Source of the DNA: Cetorhinus maximus
Taxonomy: Eukaryota
NCBI RefSeq assembly: GCF_964194155.1
Contig: NC_135903.1
Span: 33,914,001 to 33,978,000, forward strand
Direction of reading: 5' to 3'
DNA length: 64,000 nucleotides
Shown piece after piece: positions 50,259-62,850 of the stretch. The notes beneath the pieces are model-generated. The model was not told where the DNA came from. It ran no database searches and saw only the letters and a list, made by a program, of their open reading frames with translations. The first letter of the stretch is position 1, and each line of letters opens with the position of its first letter. The translations under genes were made by a program, and so were the position numbers.

Positions 50259-53200
50259 ATGGCTTTGGCGAGTATCTGGAGATTTTGGATGGTGTTGCTC
50301 TCCTTGTCCGGGACCCTCATTCTGGGATGTGACAGGCTGCAGTTACAGCAAGTTCTCAACACAGAGACTCTCAGAAAACTGAATGCAATGGTGAGTTGAA
50401 CCTGCAGCCAGAGCAGGAGGTGAATCACATTGTGTCCGCTTGCTGTGAAATGTCACATCAGGGGAAATGTTTTGCGATTTGTCATTTTGTGCAATGAATT
50501 GTCTGTGATTCTCCAGTATTTGAGTTTTTGGGGCTGATTGTAACAGTGATTGTTTTCCCCTCTCAGGGCGGACCCTTTCCCCGACACTGTATAAGACAGA
50601 GACTCTCACTGAAAACCAAACCCTTGAACCTGGTGAAACTCTCGAAGGAATTAGAGGTGAGTGAACACTCAGTTTATTTGATTCACACAGGGCTTTTATA
50701 CAAAGTAAGATCAACAACCGGATCGGAAACTTCCACATCAGGAATTTGGAATAGAGTGATTTGTACCCATTGTGAATGTAGGTGCAGTCTCACTTATTGT
50801 ATTTCACTCACTATCTCACTCATGAACTATATCACTCTCTCTAACCGCACTCACTACCCCCTTAACTCCAACTATCTCCCTCCCTGATATTATGTCCCTC
50901 CCTCGAACTACCTGTTCTGGGAACCACCGACTGAATCTCACATCTCCTTTTCCTGCAGGGCCTCTAGATTATTCCGTGCAGACCACTGCCTGCTGGGCCT
51001 GTTGTCAAAGGTGTTTCTCTGCTAAGCATTTCTACAGGGGATAGGTGGTGAGTCAGGTTCCAAAGGCTTCGAGTGTTCGCGACAACAAGGCCAGTCCCAT
51101 CCTTTGCAACACCGGGGACAGGTTGAAAGTCAGCACTTGCAGTTTGCGTTCCAAGGGTCCACGCACAGCTTGATGCAGCCGGACACAAATGTAGTCATCA
51201 GGATGAGGGCGATGTTGAGTGCGTTTTGTCCTCTGATCATTGACTTCGTGAAAACTTCTCAACTTTTCTCAACCTAACACCCTATAATTATCTTACTGCC
51301 TCTAACCACCTCACTTCCTCTAATCATCTTATTCCCTTTAACAATTTGCCTCCTCGAAACATCTCCCTCCTGGGCTGCACTGATTGAATTTGGGGCATTA
51401 ATCACGCAGGCAGGGTGATTCATAGAATCATAGAATGATCTTGTGCTGAAGGAGACCGATTGGGCCGAATGGCCTGTTTCTGTGCCACATTTCCTATCAA
51501 CTGCCTCGTGGAAAAAATTAGGTTAGTAGGTACGCACTAACCAACATTCATATATTGAAGAAAAATCACCTTTCCCAAACTTGATTGAGTTATGTGATAA
51601 TGTAGCCGAGAGTGTTGATACGAATAGTGCGCTGAAACTTCTGATGATGTCATCACACCTCTGCAGCTCTTTGAATGAATTATTCAAATTATTCCCGCTC
51701 TCATCCCCCATTACAATGCAAACTTTTCCTCCGACTATTTATCCAATTCTCTCTTGAAAGTTATTATTGAATCTGCTTTTGCTATTTTGTCAATAAATCC
51801 ATACGCACACTTTTAAAAGACTAATCATCACAAGATCCAGCGCACAATCCTCATCAACACTCTCGGCTACATTATCACATAACTCAATCAAGTTTGGGAA
51901 AGATGATTTTTCTTGAATATACGAATGCTGGCTAGTTCGTACCTACTAACATATTTTTTTCTAAGTGGCAGTTGATAGGAAATGTGGCACAGAAACAGTC
52001 CATTCGTCCCAATCGGTCCATGCCAGTGATTATGCTCCACTCGAGTCTCCTCACATTTACTCATCTAAATCTAGCATTGTAACCATTTATTTCCAGCACA
52101 GGAGGTTGAGGACACATTTGATAGATGTGCACAAGGTTATGACAGGTTTGAATAAACAAGACAGGAAAAAAATCTTCCTGTTACCTCGTGGTGCAGGGTC
52201 TAGGAGACACAGTTAGTGTCTCGCCCCTCTGCCACTTGTATTCAACTAGCAGCAGGCAGGGGAGTCACCTAGTGGGAATTCCGAAGAGCAATCCCTGTCA
52301 GATTTGCTTCCTGGTTGCCATTAAGGGGTTGAGGGGATGGTGCCCTTCGTTCAACAGCAGTCAGTGCCTGGTCAAGTAACCCAGCACCAGGAAGATGTCG
52401 GACTGTGGTGAAAGTCACAGGGATTTCCACCTACACCACCACAGCCCTCACCACCGCCCTCCACCCCCCACCCCCCACCCCAACCCACCCACCCTGGTAT
52501 CTTGCTCCTGGTAACCACTTAAGTGCCTAACTGGCACTGAATGCGGCTGGCCTACCATAAAGAAGGTGAAGCAAGGCTCTCCCTGCCTCTCCAGAGATTA
52601 CTGTGTCTGAAAGTTTCCCACATCCCAAAATAGATTATCTGGCCTGTAGTTACTGGGTTTATCCCTCATCCATTTTTGAATGGGATGTAATTACTAGAAA
52701 TCTTCTGCTCTCCTGCCATCATGTCCCTCATGTCTAAAGAGGACTGGAAGAATGAGGCCAGAAGCTCTGCTACCTCAATCCTTACTTCGCTCAGCAATCT
52801 CAGCTGTATTCCATCCAGACCAGGTGACTTTCCTACCCTGAGCGCTGCCAATATATTAAGTACCTCCTCTTCATCTCTTTTTATCCTACCCAATTTCTCT
52901 ACTCGCTCCCCCTTCACTGTGACTTTTGAAGCATCTGCTTGTGAAGTGAAGACAAATTCCAAGAATTGGTTTAGTTCCTCAGCCATGGCCTTTGAATCCC
53001 ACAAGAAGATTTCTATTTTGCTCACTAATCATCACAAACAAACATTTATTTACATGCTTATTAAAGGTTATTAGCTTCCCTCTTACGTGACCTGCTCATC
53101 AATTCTCATGCATTCTGTTTACTCCTCATTTCTTTTGGTAATTTTTCTCCATGTTGTCTGTATTCAGCTTGGATCCTCACTGTACTAAGAGCCTAATATT

Positions 53201-54377
53201 TAACATAAGGCTTCTTTTTCTGTTTTGTTTTAATCTCTACTTCTTTTGGCTATCGGGTCATTAACCTTTGGATGTCCTTCCCTTCTGCTGCATTGAAAGG
53301 AGTCCAGTGTGCAACCATAAGATCCCCACTTATAAAGAGCCTCAATTGCTCCTTTTCTCTTGACTTAGTAGCCTTATGGAGGAGATGGTGGCTTAGTGGT
53401 ACTTTCAGTTGGTTTAATAAATCATAGCTCAGGATAATGCTCTGGGGACATGAGTTCAAACCCCACCATAGAGGTGGTGGGATTTTAATTCAATCAATAA
53501 ATGTGGAATACAACACGAGCCTCAGTAATGTTGACCGTGTAATGATCATTGATCATTGTAAAAGCCCTTCTGATTCACTGATGCCCTTTAAGAAAGGAAA
53601 CCTGCTATCTATTCCTGGCCTGACTGACATGTCGCACTTGGCACATGTTCGACTTTCCACTGTCCTTTGAAATATTAAGTTCAAGGGAAATTAGGGATTG
53701 GCATCAAATGCTGGCTTTGCCAATGATGCCCACATCCCATGAAAGAATAAAGGAAAAAAGAATCTTTGATTCAAAAACACCTGAGCCAGATCCCCTTTAA
53801 ACTCACTAAAATTAATCTTCTCTCTTTTAAACATTTTTAGCTTGATTTGTCTTTTGTTCTTTAACATAATCTGTTCTAAAACGAAAGGAGAACATGTCCT
53901 CTCTAATGTCATTCTCTACATTTTACACAGGCACAGGACAGGATCCAGATTGTCCATCAAACCCTGCGTCGTATCAGCAAGATCTACAGCATGAACCTGG
54001 GTTCAGTTGCATGGGCCCGGGACGAGGTGGAGAATTTCCGGATTCTCCTGGATCGGCAGCTCAGCGAGCTGGAAGAATGTGTTAGGAAACCAGGATCAGA
54101 GCACAAGATGAGGAGAAACTTCGCCATTCACAATTACTTTAGGAAACTGGAAAAGTTTCTCAAGCAGGAGGTGGGTCAATTGATAATTGACAGTGTGATT
54201 GCTGGCATGTAGTTCATTTCACCACATTGAAAACTGTTCATTCTCTAATCAATTTCCCTGAATGATTTTCTTTTTCAGAAATTCAGTGACTGTGCCTGGG
54301 AAATAATCCGCACTGAGACCAGAGCCCGTTTACAACAGCTCCTTTTCATCATAGCACAAATCAGCAGAAGAAACTGA
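50259..54377 (+). CDS. IFN1: Type I interferon, copy 7 (exon 1B form; most diverged copy, 186 aa)
   Basis: Exons 50259-50390, 50567-50656, 53931-54170 (AQDRIQIVHQTLRRISK..VAWARDEVENFRIL..), 54279-54377 (KFSDCAWEIIRTETRARLQQLLFIIAQISRRN*). Open frame. Confidence 0.92.
51453..52020. repeat. Intronic inverted repeat (~200-bp arms in copy 7; ~80-bp arms in copies 1, 2 and 6)
   Basis: 51453-51650 (..ctgtgccacatttcctatcaactg..cccaaacttgattgagttatgtgataatgtagccgagagtgttgat..) is the reverse complement of 51822-52020 (..atcaacactctcggctacattatcacataactcaatcaagtttggg..cagttgataggaaatgtggcacag). Confidence 0.85.
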
Positions 54378-57257
54378 AAAATACATGCTTATTACAAACT
54401 GGGAGCAATGAATATTTATTTTAAAGACTTTCAATTTAAAGCTATTTCCATATATATTTGTAACAAATTTTATAGTTTATTGTACTGATCACAGAAGAAT
54501 GAGTGACATGATGGGATTATTTATCTCATTTATTTATTTATTGATATTTTTTGCTATGATATTTTCCCCTGATGTAATCCTAACACTTCCGTGGATGGGG
54601 TGTCTGCTCTGGAATTTACTGTCAGGCTTTCAAGATATGGGTTTTCAGACCTATAAACCCTGGGCCGCACTGACCTTTCCATTTCTCCTCTCCTAAGTGG
54701 CCAACTTTTCAATCTATTTCAGCCACTGTAATTTATTGATCTTTATTGTTGTGATGTCTTCATGTAATGAAATGTTACATGTTATTTAATGTGTAATATG
54801 AATTTTTACTGATAATTTATTTATTGATATTTATTAAGAGTTGGCGAACAGGCAATGTTTTTGTAACTGGAAAATTTTATACACAATGAGAGCCTTTACT
54901 GCAAATAAATTATTTTCAATATTACGCATTAACTGAAATGATGTTCATTTTTCAGTTGTGTCGATTGGTTTTCCATACTCAGCTCTGGGTTCTACTAACT
55001 GCTGCCTCTTCCGGTCAGTCCTTTCCTTTTCTCCTCTCCTTTCTCCACAATCGGATTTTCCCTCACCCGTTGGAACTCTGAACCTATTGTGAACCGAACT
55101 GCCCTGATTTATCATCTTTTACGCCTCTGCTTCTCAACGCCACATTCCAGCTCCAAAGGAGAGAGGACTGAGCGTGATGTTCAGGACAGACAAGTGGAAA
55201 ATGGAGGCATTAATTGGAAATGGACAGATGGAGAAATGGAATGGGTGGGATTAGAAGATGACTGGAGTGTCAGCATCTGTGAATATATGGGGACATCAGA
55301 CAATGGGGTTGAGAGTGACATCAGTCATTGAGTAGGAAGGAGAATGAGTGGAGGGTGGGGATGAAAATCTCTTATTTTGCATGGTGGTTTACACATTCTG
55401 AAAATCTGTATGATAAACACTGTCTGCATTACATGAGAAGAGAAAAAAAAGGAGCTGGAGTTGGCCATTTGTCCCCTCAAGCCTGTTCCACCATTCAATA
55501 AGATTCCGACTGATTTGATTGTGGCCTTAAATCCACTTGTCTACCAGCCACTTATAACCTTTGACTCCTTTGTTGATCAAATTCTAACGCAGACTTGAAT
55601 ATATTCAATGACATGACCTCTACTGTTCTCTGGGGTGAAGAATTTCAAAGATTAATGACACTCGGTGCAAAAGAAATCCTCCTCATCTCCATCTCACATG
55701 CAGTTGCCGTGCTTTGAATCTGTGACCCCCAACCACCGTTCCTGATTCCTCCAGAGAGGAAACACCTCAACATCTACCCGGTCAAATCTCCTCACAATCT
55801 TAAATGATTCAATGACATCACCTCTAATTCCTCTAAACTCGAAGGAGTATCGGCCCAACCTGGTCAAGATTGCTTCATTAACCAACTGCTCCTTCCAGGA
55901 ATCAACCTGGTGAACCCTTTCTGAATTGCCTCCAATGCAAGTTAATCCCTGTTTATTTAAGGAGTCCAAAGCTGTACATAGTACTCCAGGTCTGGTCTCA
56001 CAAATGGCCTGTAGAGTTGAAGCAAAACTTCCCTACTTGTATTCTTCATCCTCTTTGCAATAAAGGACAACATACCATTTACCTTTCCAATTGCTTGCCT
56101 TACCAGCTAGCTAAATTTTCATTGCTCACTTACAATGACACCCAGATCCCTTTACACTGCAAGGTTCTGCAGTGTTTTTCCATTTAAACAACATTCTGAT
56201 TTTCTGTTCCGTGTTATACAATTTATAAAGTGAGTATTTAACGAAAACTTATCCAATGATATTTAAACAAAGGCTAACTTTTATCCCACATGACAGCAGT
56301 CACTATACACCTAAAGTACTTTATAAGCTGTGGAGTGCTTTGAGATGCCTGTAGACAGGAGGGGCACTATGTGAACGCAAGTCTGTTTTGAAAAGAAATC
56401 AGAGAGAAAGCTGGTTCCACACACAAAACTGACCACATCCCAGGGTGAATTAATAAGTAGTGCAATTGTTTCCAGGCCTTCCAAAGAGCCCCAAAGATAA
56501 ACTTGGTCATTTGGGATTGAGGACTGTAACAGACATGTGTTAAAGGGTTTGCAATGCAGATTTTTTTAATTTACAAAGACAATAACTATTGCATTCCAAT
56601 ATAACCAGAAAATGGGCCTGTCTTCTTTTCAAGTAAGTTTCAGCATTTGAAAAGTATGTTACACACAGCAGGTGGATTGATACTGTTGTTAAAATCCTGA
56701 AGTTTTGGAATGAACACATTTTCTGTGTATTAATAGAATTGCACCCTTTAACATGCTTAAATATGTAAATGAATATTTCAAGACAGTTTTACAAATTCCA
56801 TTTTAAAATCTTGCCCAATTGTGCTGGTTCATGGTAGATGTCAGGTTTGGTGATTGGCGCATGCGTTTGAGTGGGAAGTCTAGGAAAAGAATCCCAGTTT
56901 TGCTGGGGGGATGGTGTGGGTGGGGGGTCAGACAGGGTGAAAAGTGCAGATGAACCAACCCAATTTCTAACATCATTAATTTCTACAAAACAGAAAACAG
57001 ACCCCAAAAGTGGTGTCAAGATGTGGACGTCAGGAAGTCTACAACCCTCCCACCAACTTCAATATTCAATGCCCACCACCGACGCACAATGGGATCAGTG
57101 TGTACCATGTACATGGTGAACTGCAGGAACTCACCAAAGCCCCTTCAACACCGCTTCCCAAACTCATGACTTCTACCACACAGAAGAAAAAGCGTAGCAG
57201 ACGCAAGGGAGCAGAACCAACCTTTGGTTCCCATTCAAGATACACAGCATCCTGCCT

Positions 57258-58610
57258 TAAGAACATAAGAACATAAAAACTAGAAGCAGGAGTAGGCAAT
57301 TAAGCCCCTCGAGCCTTCCCCACCATTCAATACAGTCATGGCTGATCGTGTTTCGGCCTCAATTCCAATTTCCCACCCTCTCCCCAAAACGTTTCAACCA
57401 GAAACTAATTAAAGATCTGTCTATCTCCTCCTTAAATCTATTCAGCGTCCCAGCATCCACTGCATTCTGAGGTAATTAATTCCACAGATTCATGACCTTT
57501 GAGAAAAGTAATTCCTCCTTATCTCTGATTTAAAACTACCACCCCTTAGCCTAAAGCTATGGCCTCTTGTTCTAGAATGCCCCACAAGGAGAAACCGCCA
57601 CTCCATGTCTATTTTGTCTATCCCCTTTAGCATCTTATATACCTCAATTAGATATCCTCTCATCCTTCTAAACTCTAGCGAGTATAGGCCTAAACTGTCC
57701 AATCCCTCCTCATAATACAAGCCCCACATCTCTGGAATCAATCTAGTGAACCTACTCTGAACTGCCTCCAGTGCAACTACATCTTCCTCAAGTAAGGAGA
57801 CCAAAATTGTGCACAGTACTCCAGGTGCGGGCTCACCAATGCATTTTACAGTTGCAACAACACTTCCCTATTTTTATACTCTATTCCTTTAGCAATAAAT
57901 GCCAAAATTCCATTTGCCTTCTGTATTATCTGCTTTACCTGTTTGCTAGCTTTCAGCGATTCATGCACGAGGACACCCAGATCCCTCTGCACTGAAGCAT
58001 TCTGAAGTTTCTCTCCATTTAAATACTAAGTCACCTTTTTATTCTTCTGACCAAGCTGGTTAACTTCACACTTATCCATGTTAAACTCCATCTGCCAAAT
58101 TTTGGCCCATTCACCTATCTTGTCTATATCCATTTGTAAATTTCTTATTTCTTCACAACAACTTATTTTCCCACCTATTTTGGTGTCATCTGCAAAGTTA
58201 GCTATGGTACCTTCTATCCCTGAATCAAAGTCAGTATTATAGATTGTAAATAGTTGGGGCCCAAGGACCGAACCCTCTGGCACCCCACTAGTTACAGCTT
58301 GCCATCCAGAAAAAGACCCATGTATACCAATTCTCTGCTTTCTGTTGTTTAGACAATCCTCTATCCAAGCTCATATATTACCCCTAACTCCGTGTGATCT
58401 TAAGACCATAAGACCATAAGACATAGGAGCAGAAATTAGGCCATTCGGCCCATCAAGTCTGCTCCACCATTCCATCATGGCTGATAAGTTTCTCAAGCCC
58501 ATTCTCCCGCGTTCTCCCCGTAACCTTTGATCCCCTTACCAATCAAGAACCTATCTTATCTTGTGTATTAACCTTTTGTGCGGCACCTTATCAAAGGTCT
58601 TCTTTGGAAT
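57258..58610 (-). mobile_element. CR1 LINE fragment with a nested second CR1/SINE 3' end
   Basis: Minus-strand ORFs 57490-57804 and 58026-58283 (PEGSVLGPQLF..FADDTK). Tail repeats (catAAGAA)n at 57260-57275 and (cataagac)n at 58341-58365. Confidence 0.85.
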
Positions 58611-59619
58611 CTTCTCCCAAAACGACACTTTCTCTCAGACGCCTTCGCTTCACGTTCAGGGTTTCGAACTCCTTCCGATATTCCTCTCCCCTGGGTCGCC
58701 ACATGCATTCAAACTGTCTTCTGTGCACTCTCTATCACCGACTCAGCCGTCAACAGTGCACACTGCTTCAAATGCCCATAGCAAAGACTTACAGCCCTTC
58801 AACCGTCTCTTTCGGCCTTCTTGTCTCTTGCAAGCTGTTTTTGACCCTGAAGTTAATCCAGGCTTGACTGCAACCATTTTACCTGAACTCCAATTCCAGA
58901 GTGGGAAAAGCTCCCTGCTTCACTGGACTCAAAGGTACATGAACTGCTAACTATTCTGCTTGTTTTAATATGTGTAGAAGTGCACAAATGTCTTTAATTG
59001 TATCTTTCTTGGGCATGTGTTGTGTGATTGATGTTGCAATACATCTTTCTGAGGTTTATGTGTGTGTACGAATAAATAATGCTTCTTGTTTACATCCATG
59101 AAAGTCTGCTGCTGGTGGCTTAAATTGACCGCACACTAATGGGAAAGGGGTATGGGGGTTTCAGTCTCTCCCACTCTCTCTTCTCAGTCTGTAACAAGAT
59201 GAATTTAGGTAATGTTTTGAAAGATGAGAGAGAAGTACAAAATTGTAGGCACTTAGTGGACAGATTGGGCTAAATGACCTGTTTCTGTGCCATATGCCCC
59301 ACGTAGGGGAGGTATTACTTGAACTGCTGCCTTCAGGGACCTGTGTACTTGTACGTCAAGATCTCTCACTTCATCTACCCCTCTTAGTATATTCCCATTT
59401 ATTGTGTAATCCCTGTAACTGTTTGACCTCCCTAAATGTGGTATTGTCACTGGACTAGTAATCTAGAGACCCAGGGTAATGCTGGGCAGAAGGTGGAATT
59501 TGAATTCAATACAAATCCGGAATTAAATGTCTAATGATGACCATGAAACCATTGTCGACTAATGTTCTTGTGGGAAGGAAATCTGCTTTGCCTGGTTAGG
59601 CCTACATGTGATTCCAGAC

Positions 59620-60835
59620 CCACAGGAACCATCATGTGGAAAGGCATGGACTAGTCAGGGATTGTCAGCATGGAATTGTTAAAGGAAGGTCTTGCCTCAC
59701 AAATTTGATTGGATTCTTTGAGGAAGTGACAAGAAGGACTGATGAAGGTAGTGCACTGGATGTTGCGTACATGGATTTTAGCAAGGCATTTGACAAGGTC
59801 CCACATGTCAGGTTGGTGAGGAAAGTAAAAGCCCATGGGATTCAGGGTAATATGGCAAAATGGAAAAAAGGTTGGCTTTGTAACAGGAAACAAAGGTAAT
59901 GGTCGATGGATGCCCTTACGAATGGAAAGATGTGTTAAGTGGTGTTCCACATGACTCGGTGTTGGGACCCTTGCTGTTTGTGTTATATATTAACGATTTG
60001 GACTTGAATGTGGGGGGCACGATTAGGAAATTTGCAGATGACACAAAGATTGGCTGAGTAGTGGATGTGTAGAGGATAGCCATAATCTCCAAAATGATAT
60101 AGATGGGTTGGTGGAGTTGGCGGTAAAGTGGCAGATGGATTTTAACATAGAGAAGTGTGAGCTCATACATTTAGGGAGGACAAGGTTGTAAAGAAGGCAT
60201 ATGGAATGCTCTCCTTCATTGGCAGAGATATAGAATATAAAAGTAAGGATATGATGTTGTAATTGTATAAAACACTGGTGAGGCCACAACTGGAGTATTG
60301 TGTGCAGTTTTGGCTACCACATTACAGGAAGGACATAATAGCTCTGGAGAGAATGCAGAGGAGGTTTACAAGAATGTTGCCAGTGTTAGAAAAGTTTAGC
60401 TATGAGGAGAGATTGGATAGGTTAGGGTTATTTTCCTTAGAATAAAGAAGGCTGAGAGGTGACTTGATTGAGGTGTACAAAATTATGAGGGGAATAGATA
60501 AAATGGACAGGATAAAATTGTTTCTCTTGATGGAGAATTCTAGAAACAGGGGACATAGATTCAAGATAAGTGGCAGAAGGTGTAGGGGATCATGAGGAAG
60601 ATCCTTTTTTCCGCAGAAGGTAGTGGGTGTCTGGAATTCGCTGCCCAAGTTGGTGGTAGAGGCAGAAACTTTTAACTCTTTTAAAAAGTACCTGAAAGTG
60701 CTGTAAGCTGCAAGGCTATGGGCCGAGTGCAGGATGGTGGGATTAGAAAGGGCACCTGGGTGTCCTCGGGCTGGCATGGACAAGATGGACCGAATGGCCT
60801 CCTTCTGTGCTGTAACTTTTCTATGGTTCTATGGT
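59620..60835 (+). mobile_element. CR1 LINE fragment (duplicated at ~61710-62850)
   Basis: ORFs 59636-59899 (CQHGIVKGRSCLTNL..YMDFSKAFDKVPH) and 60263-60445 ([16 protein letters not shown]); 3' tail ttctatggttctatgg. Confidence 0.88.
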
Positions 60836-61710
60836 CCTGGAAGTCCAGATGTACTACATCTACAGGATCCCCATTATCCACTTTGCTTGTCACATCTTCA
60901 AAGAACTCATTACTACTTCCTTAATAATGGATTCCAACAATTTCCCAATGACAGACGTTAAACTAATTGGTTTATAGTTTTCTGCTTTCTGCCTCCCTCC
61001 CTTTTTGAATAATGGCATTATATTAGCATTTTTCCAATCCATTGGATTCTTTGCAGAATCCAGGGAATTTTGGAATATTATTAACAATGCATGCACTATA
61101 TCCATTGCCACTTTCTTTAAGACCCTGGGATGTAGGCCATCAGGTCCTGGGGGCTTGTCACCCTTTAATCCCAATAGTTTTCACAGTACTTTTTCTCTTG
61201 TGATGGTGATTGTTCTAAGTTCCTCCTTCTCTATACCCTCTGCTCTTCTTGTTACTATTGGGGTGGTGCTAGTGTTCTCCACTGTGAAAATTGAGGCAAA
61301 ATGTTGATTAAGCGTCTCTGCCATTTCTGTGTTCCCCACTATTAACTCCCCAGTCTCATCCTCCAATGGACCAATGTACACTTTAGCTACACTCTTTCCT
61401 TTTTTATACTTGTAGAAGCTTTTGCTATCAATTTTTACATTTTGCGCTAGATTTCTTTCATAATTTACCTTTGCTTGTTTTATTGTTTTTTTAGTAACGC
61501 TTTGTTGATCTTTAAAAGTTTCGCAATCTTCCAGCCTGCCACTGACCTTTGCAATTTAGTATGCCTTAGTTTTTGCCTTTATGTTACCTTTAATTTCCTT
61601 GCTTAGCCATGGATGCTTTTTCCCCCTCTTACCATCTTTCTTCCTCTTTAGAATATATTTTACTTGGGAGGAATTGAATATCCCCTTAAATATCTGCCAT
61701 TGCTCATCAT
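60836..61710 (-). mobile_element. CR1 LINE fragment, endonuclease-RT linker region (duplicated at ~62850-64000)
   Basis: Minus-strand ORFs 60890-61174 (KPPGPDGLHPRVLK..DWKNANIMPLFKKG) and 61181-61381 (MAETLNQHFASIFT). Confidence 0.88.
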
Positions 61711-62850
61711 GGCAGATTGGTCAGGAAAGTAAAAGCCCATGGGATTCAGGGTAAAACTGGATAAAAGGTTGGCTTTGTAACAGGAAAGAAACGGTAATGG
61801 TCGATAGATGTCCTTGCAAATGGAAAGTTGTCTCAAGTGGTGTTCCACAGGGCTTGTTGTTGGGACCCTTGCTGTTTGTGTTATATATTAATGATTTGGA
61901 TGTGAACATAGGGGTCATGATTGGGAAATTTGCAGATGACACAAAGATTGAGTAGTGGATAGTGTAGAGGATAGCCATAATCTCCAAAACGATATAGATG
62001 GGTTGGTGGAGTGGTTGGTAAAGTGGCAGATGGATTTTAACATAGAGAAGTGTGAGCTCATACATTTAGAGAGGTCAAACAGTTACAGAGATTACACAAT
62101 AAAAGGGAATATACTAAGAGGGGTAGATGAAGTGAGAGATGTTGGCGTGCAAGTACACAGGTCCCGGAAGGCAGCAGTTCAAGTAAACAAGGTTGTAAAG
62201 AAGGCATATGGAATGCTCTCCTTCAATGGCAGAGGTATAGAATATACAAGTAAGGATATGATGTTGGAATTGCATAAAACACTGGTGAGACCACAACTGG
62301 AGTATTGTGTGCAGTTCTCATCACCACATTACAGGAAGGACGTAATAGCTCTGGAGAGAGTGCAGAGGAGGTTTACAAGAATGTTGCCTGTGTTAGAAAT
62401 GTGTAGCTATGAAGAGAGATTGAATAGGTTAAGGCTATTTTCCCTGAGAACAAAGAAGGCTGAGAGGTGACTTGATTGAGGTGTACAAAATTATGAGGGG
62501 AATAGATAGATGGACAGGATAAAATTGTTTCCCTTGATGGAGAATTCTAGAACCAGGGGACATAGATTCAAGATAAGTGGCAGAAGGTGTAGGGGGGACA
62601 TGAGGAAGAATTTTTTATGCAGAGGGTAGTGGGTGTCTGGAATTCACTGCCCAACTTGGTGGTGGAGGCAGAAACTTTAAACTCTTTTAAAAAGTACCTG
62701 GATCTGCACCTAAAATGCTGTAAGGTGCAAGACTATGGGCCGAGTGCAGGAACGTGGGATTAGAAAGGGTACCTGGGAGTCCCTGGGCTGGCATGGACAA
62801 GTTGGGCCGAATGGCCTCCTTCTGTGCTGTAACTTTTCTATGGTTCTACG
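61710..62850 (+). mobile_element. CR1 LINE fragment, second copy
   Basis: ORF 61955-62470 ([26 protein letters not shown]). Confidence 0.88.

Larger units (their letters stand above)
5927..57240 (+). repeat. Tandem segmental-duplication array of type I interferon units (5 full units plus 2 half units)
   Basis: Near-identical blocks recur, with exon 3 starting at 11777, 19325, 23135, 29802, 33562, 43289 and 53931. The ORF track repeats accordingly (MNLGS...KQE). Confidence 0.95.

Noticed and set aside
5927-57240. CRISPR-like or prokaryotic defence array
   Set aside because: The repeats are multi-kb segmental duplications with spliceosomal introns and vertebrate LINEs. There is no short repeat-spacer periodicity and no cas genes.
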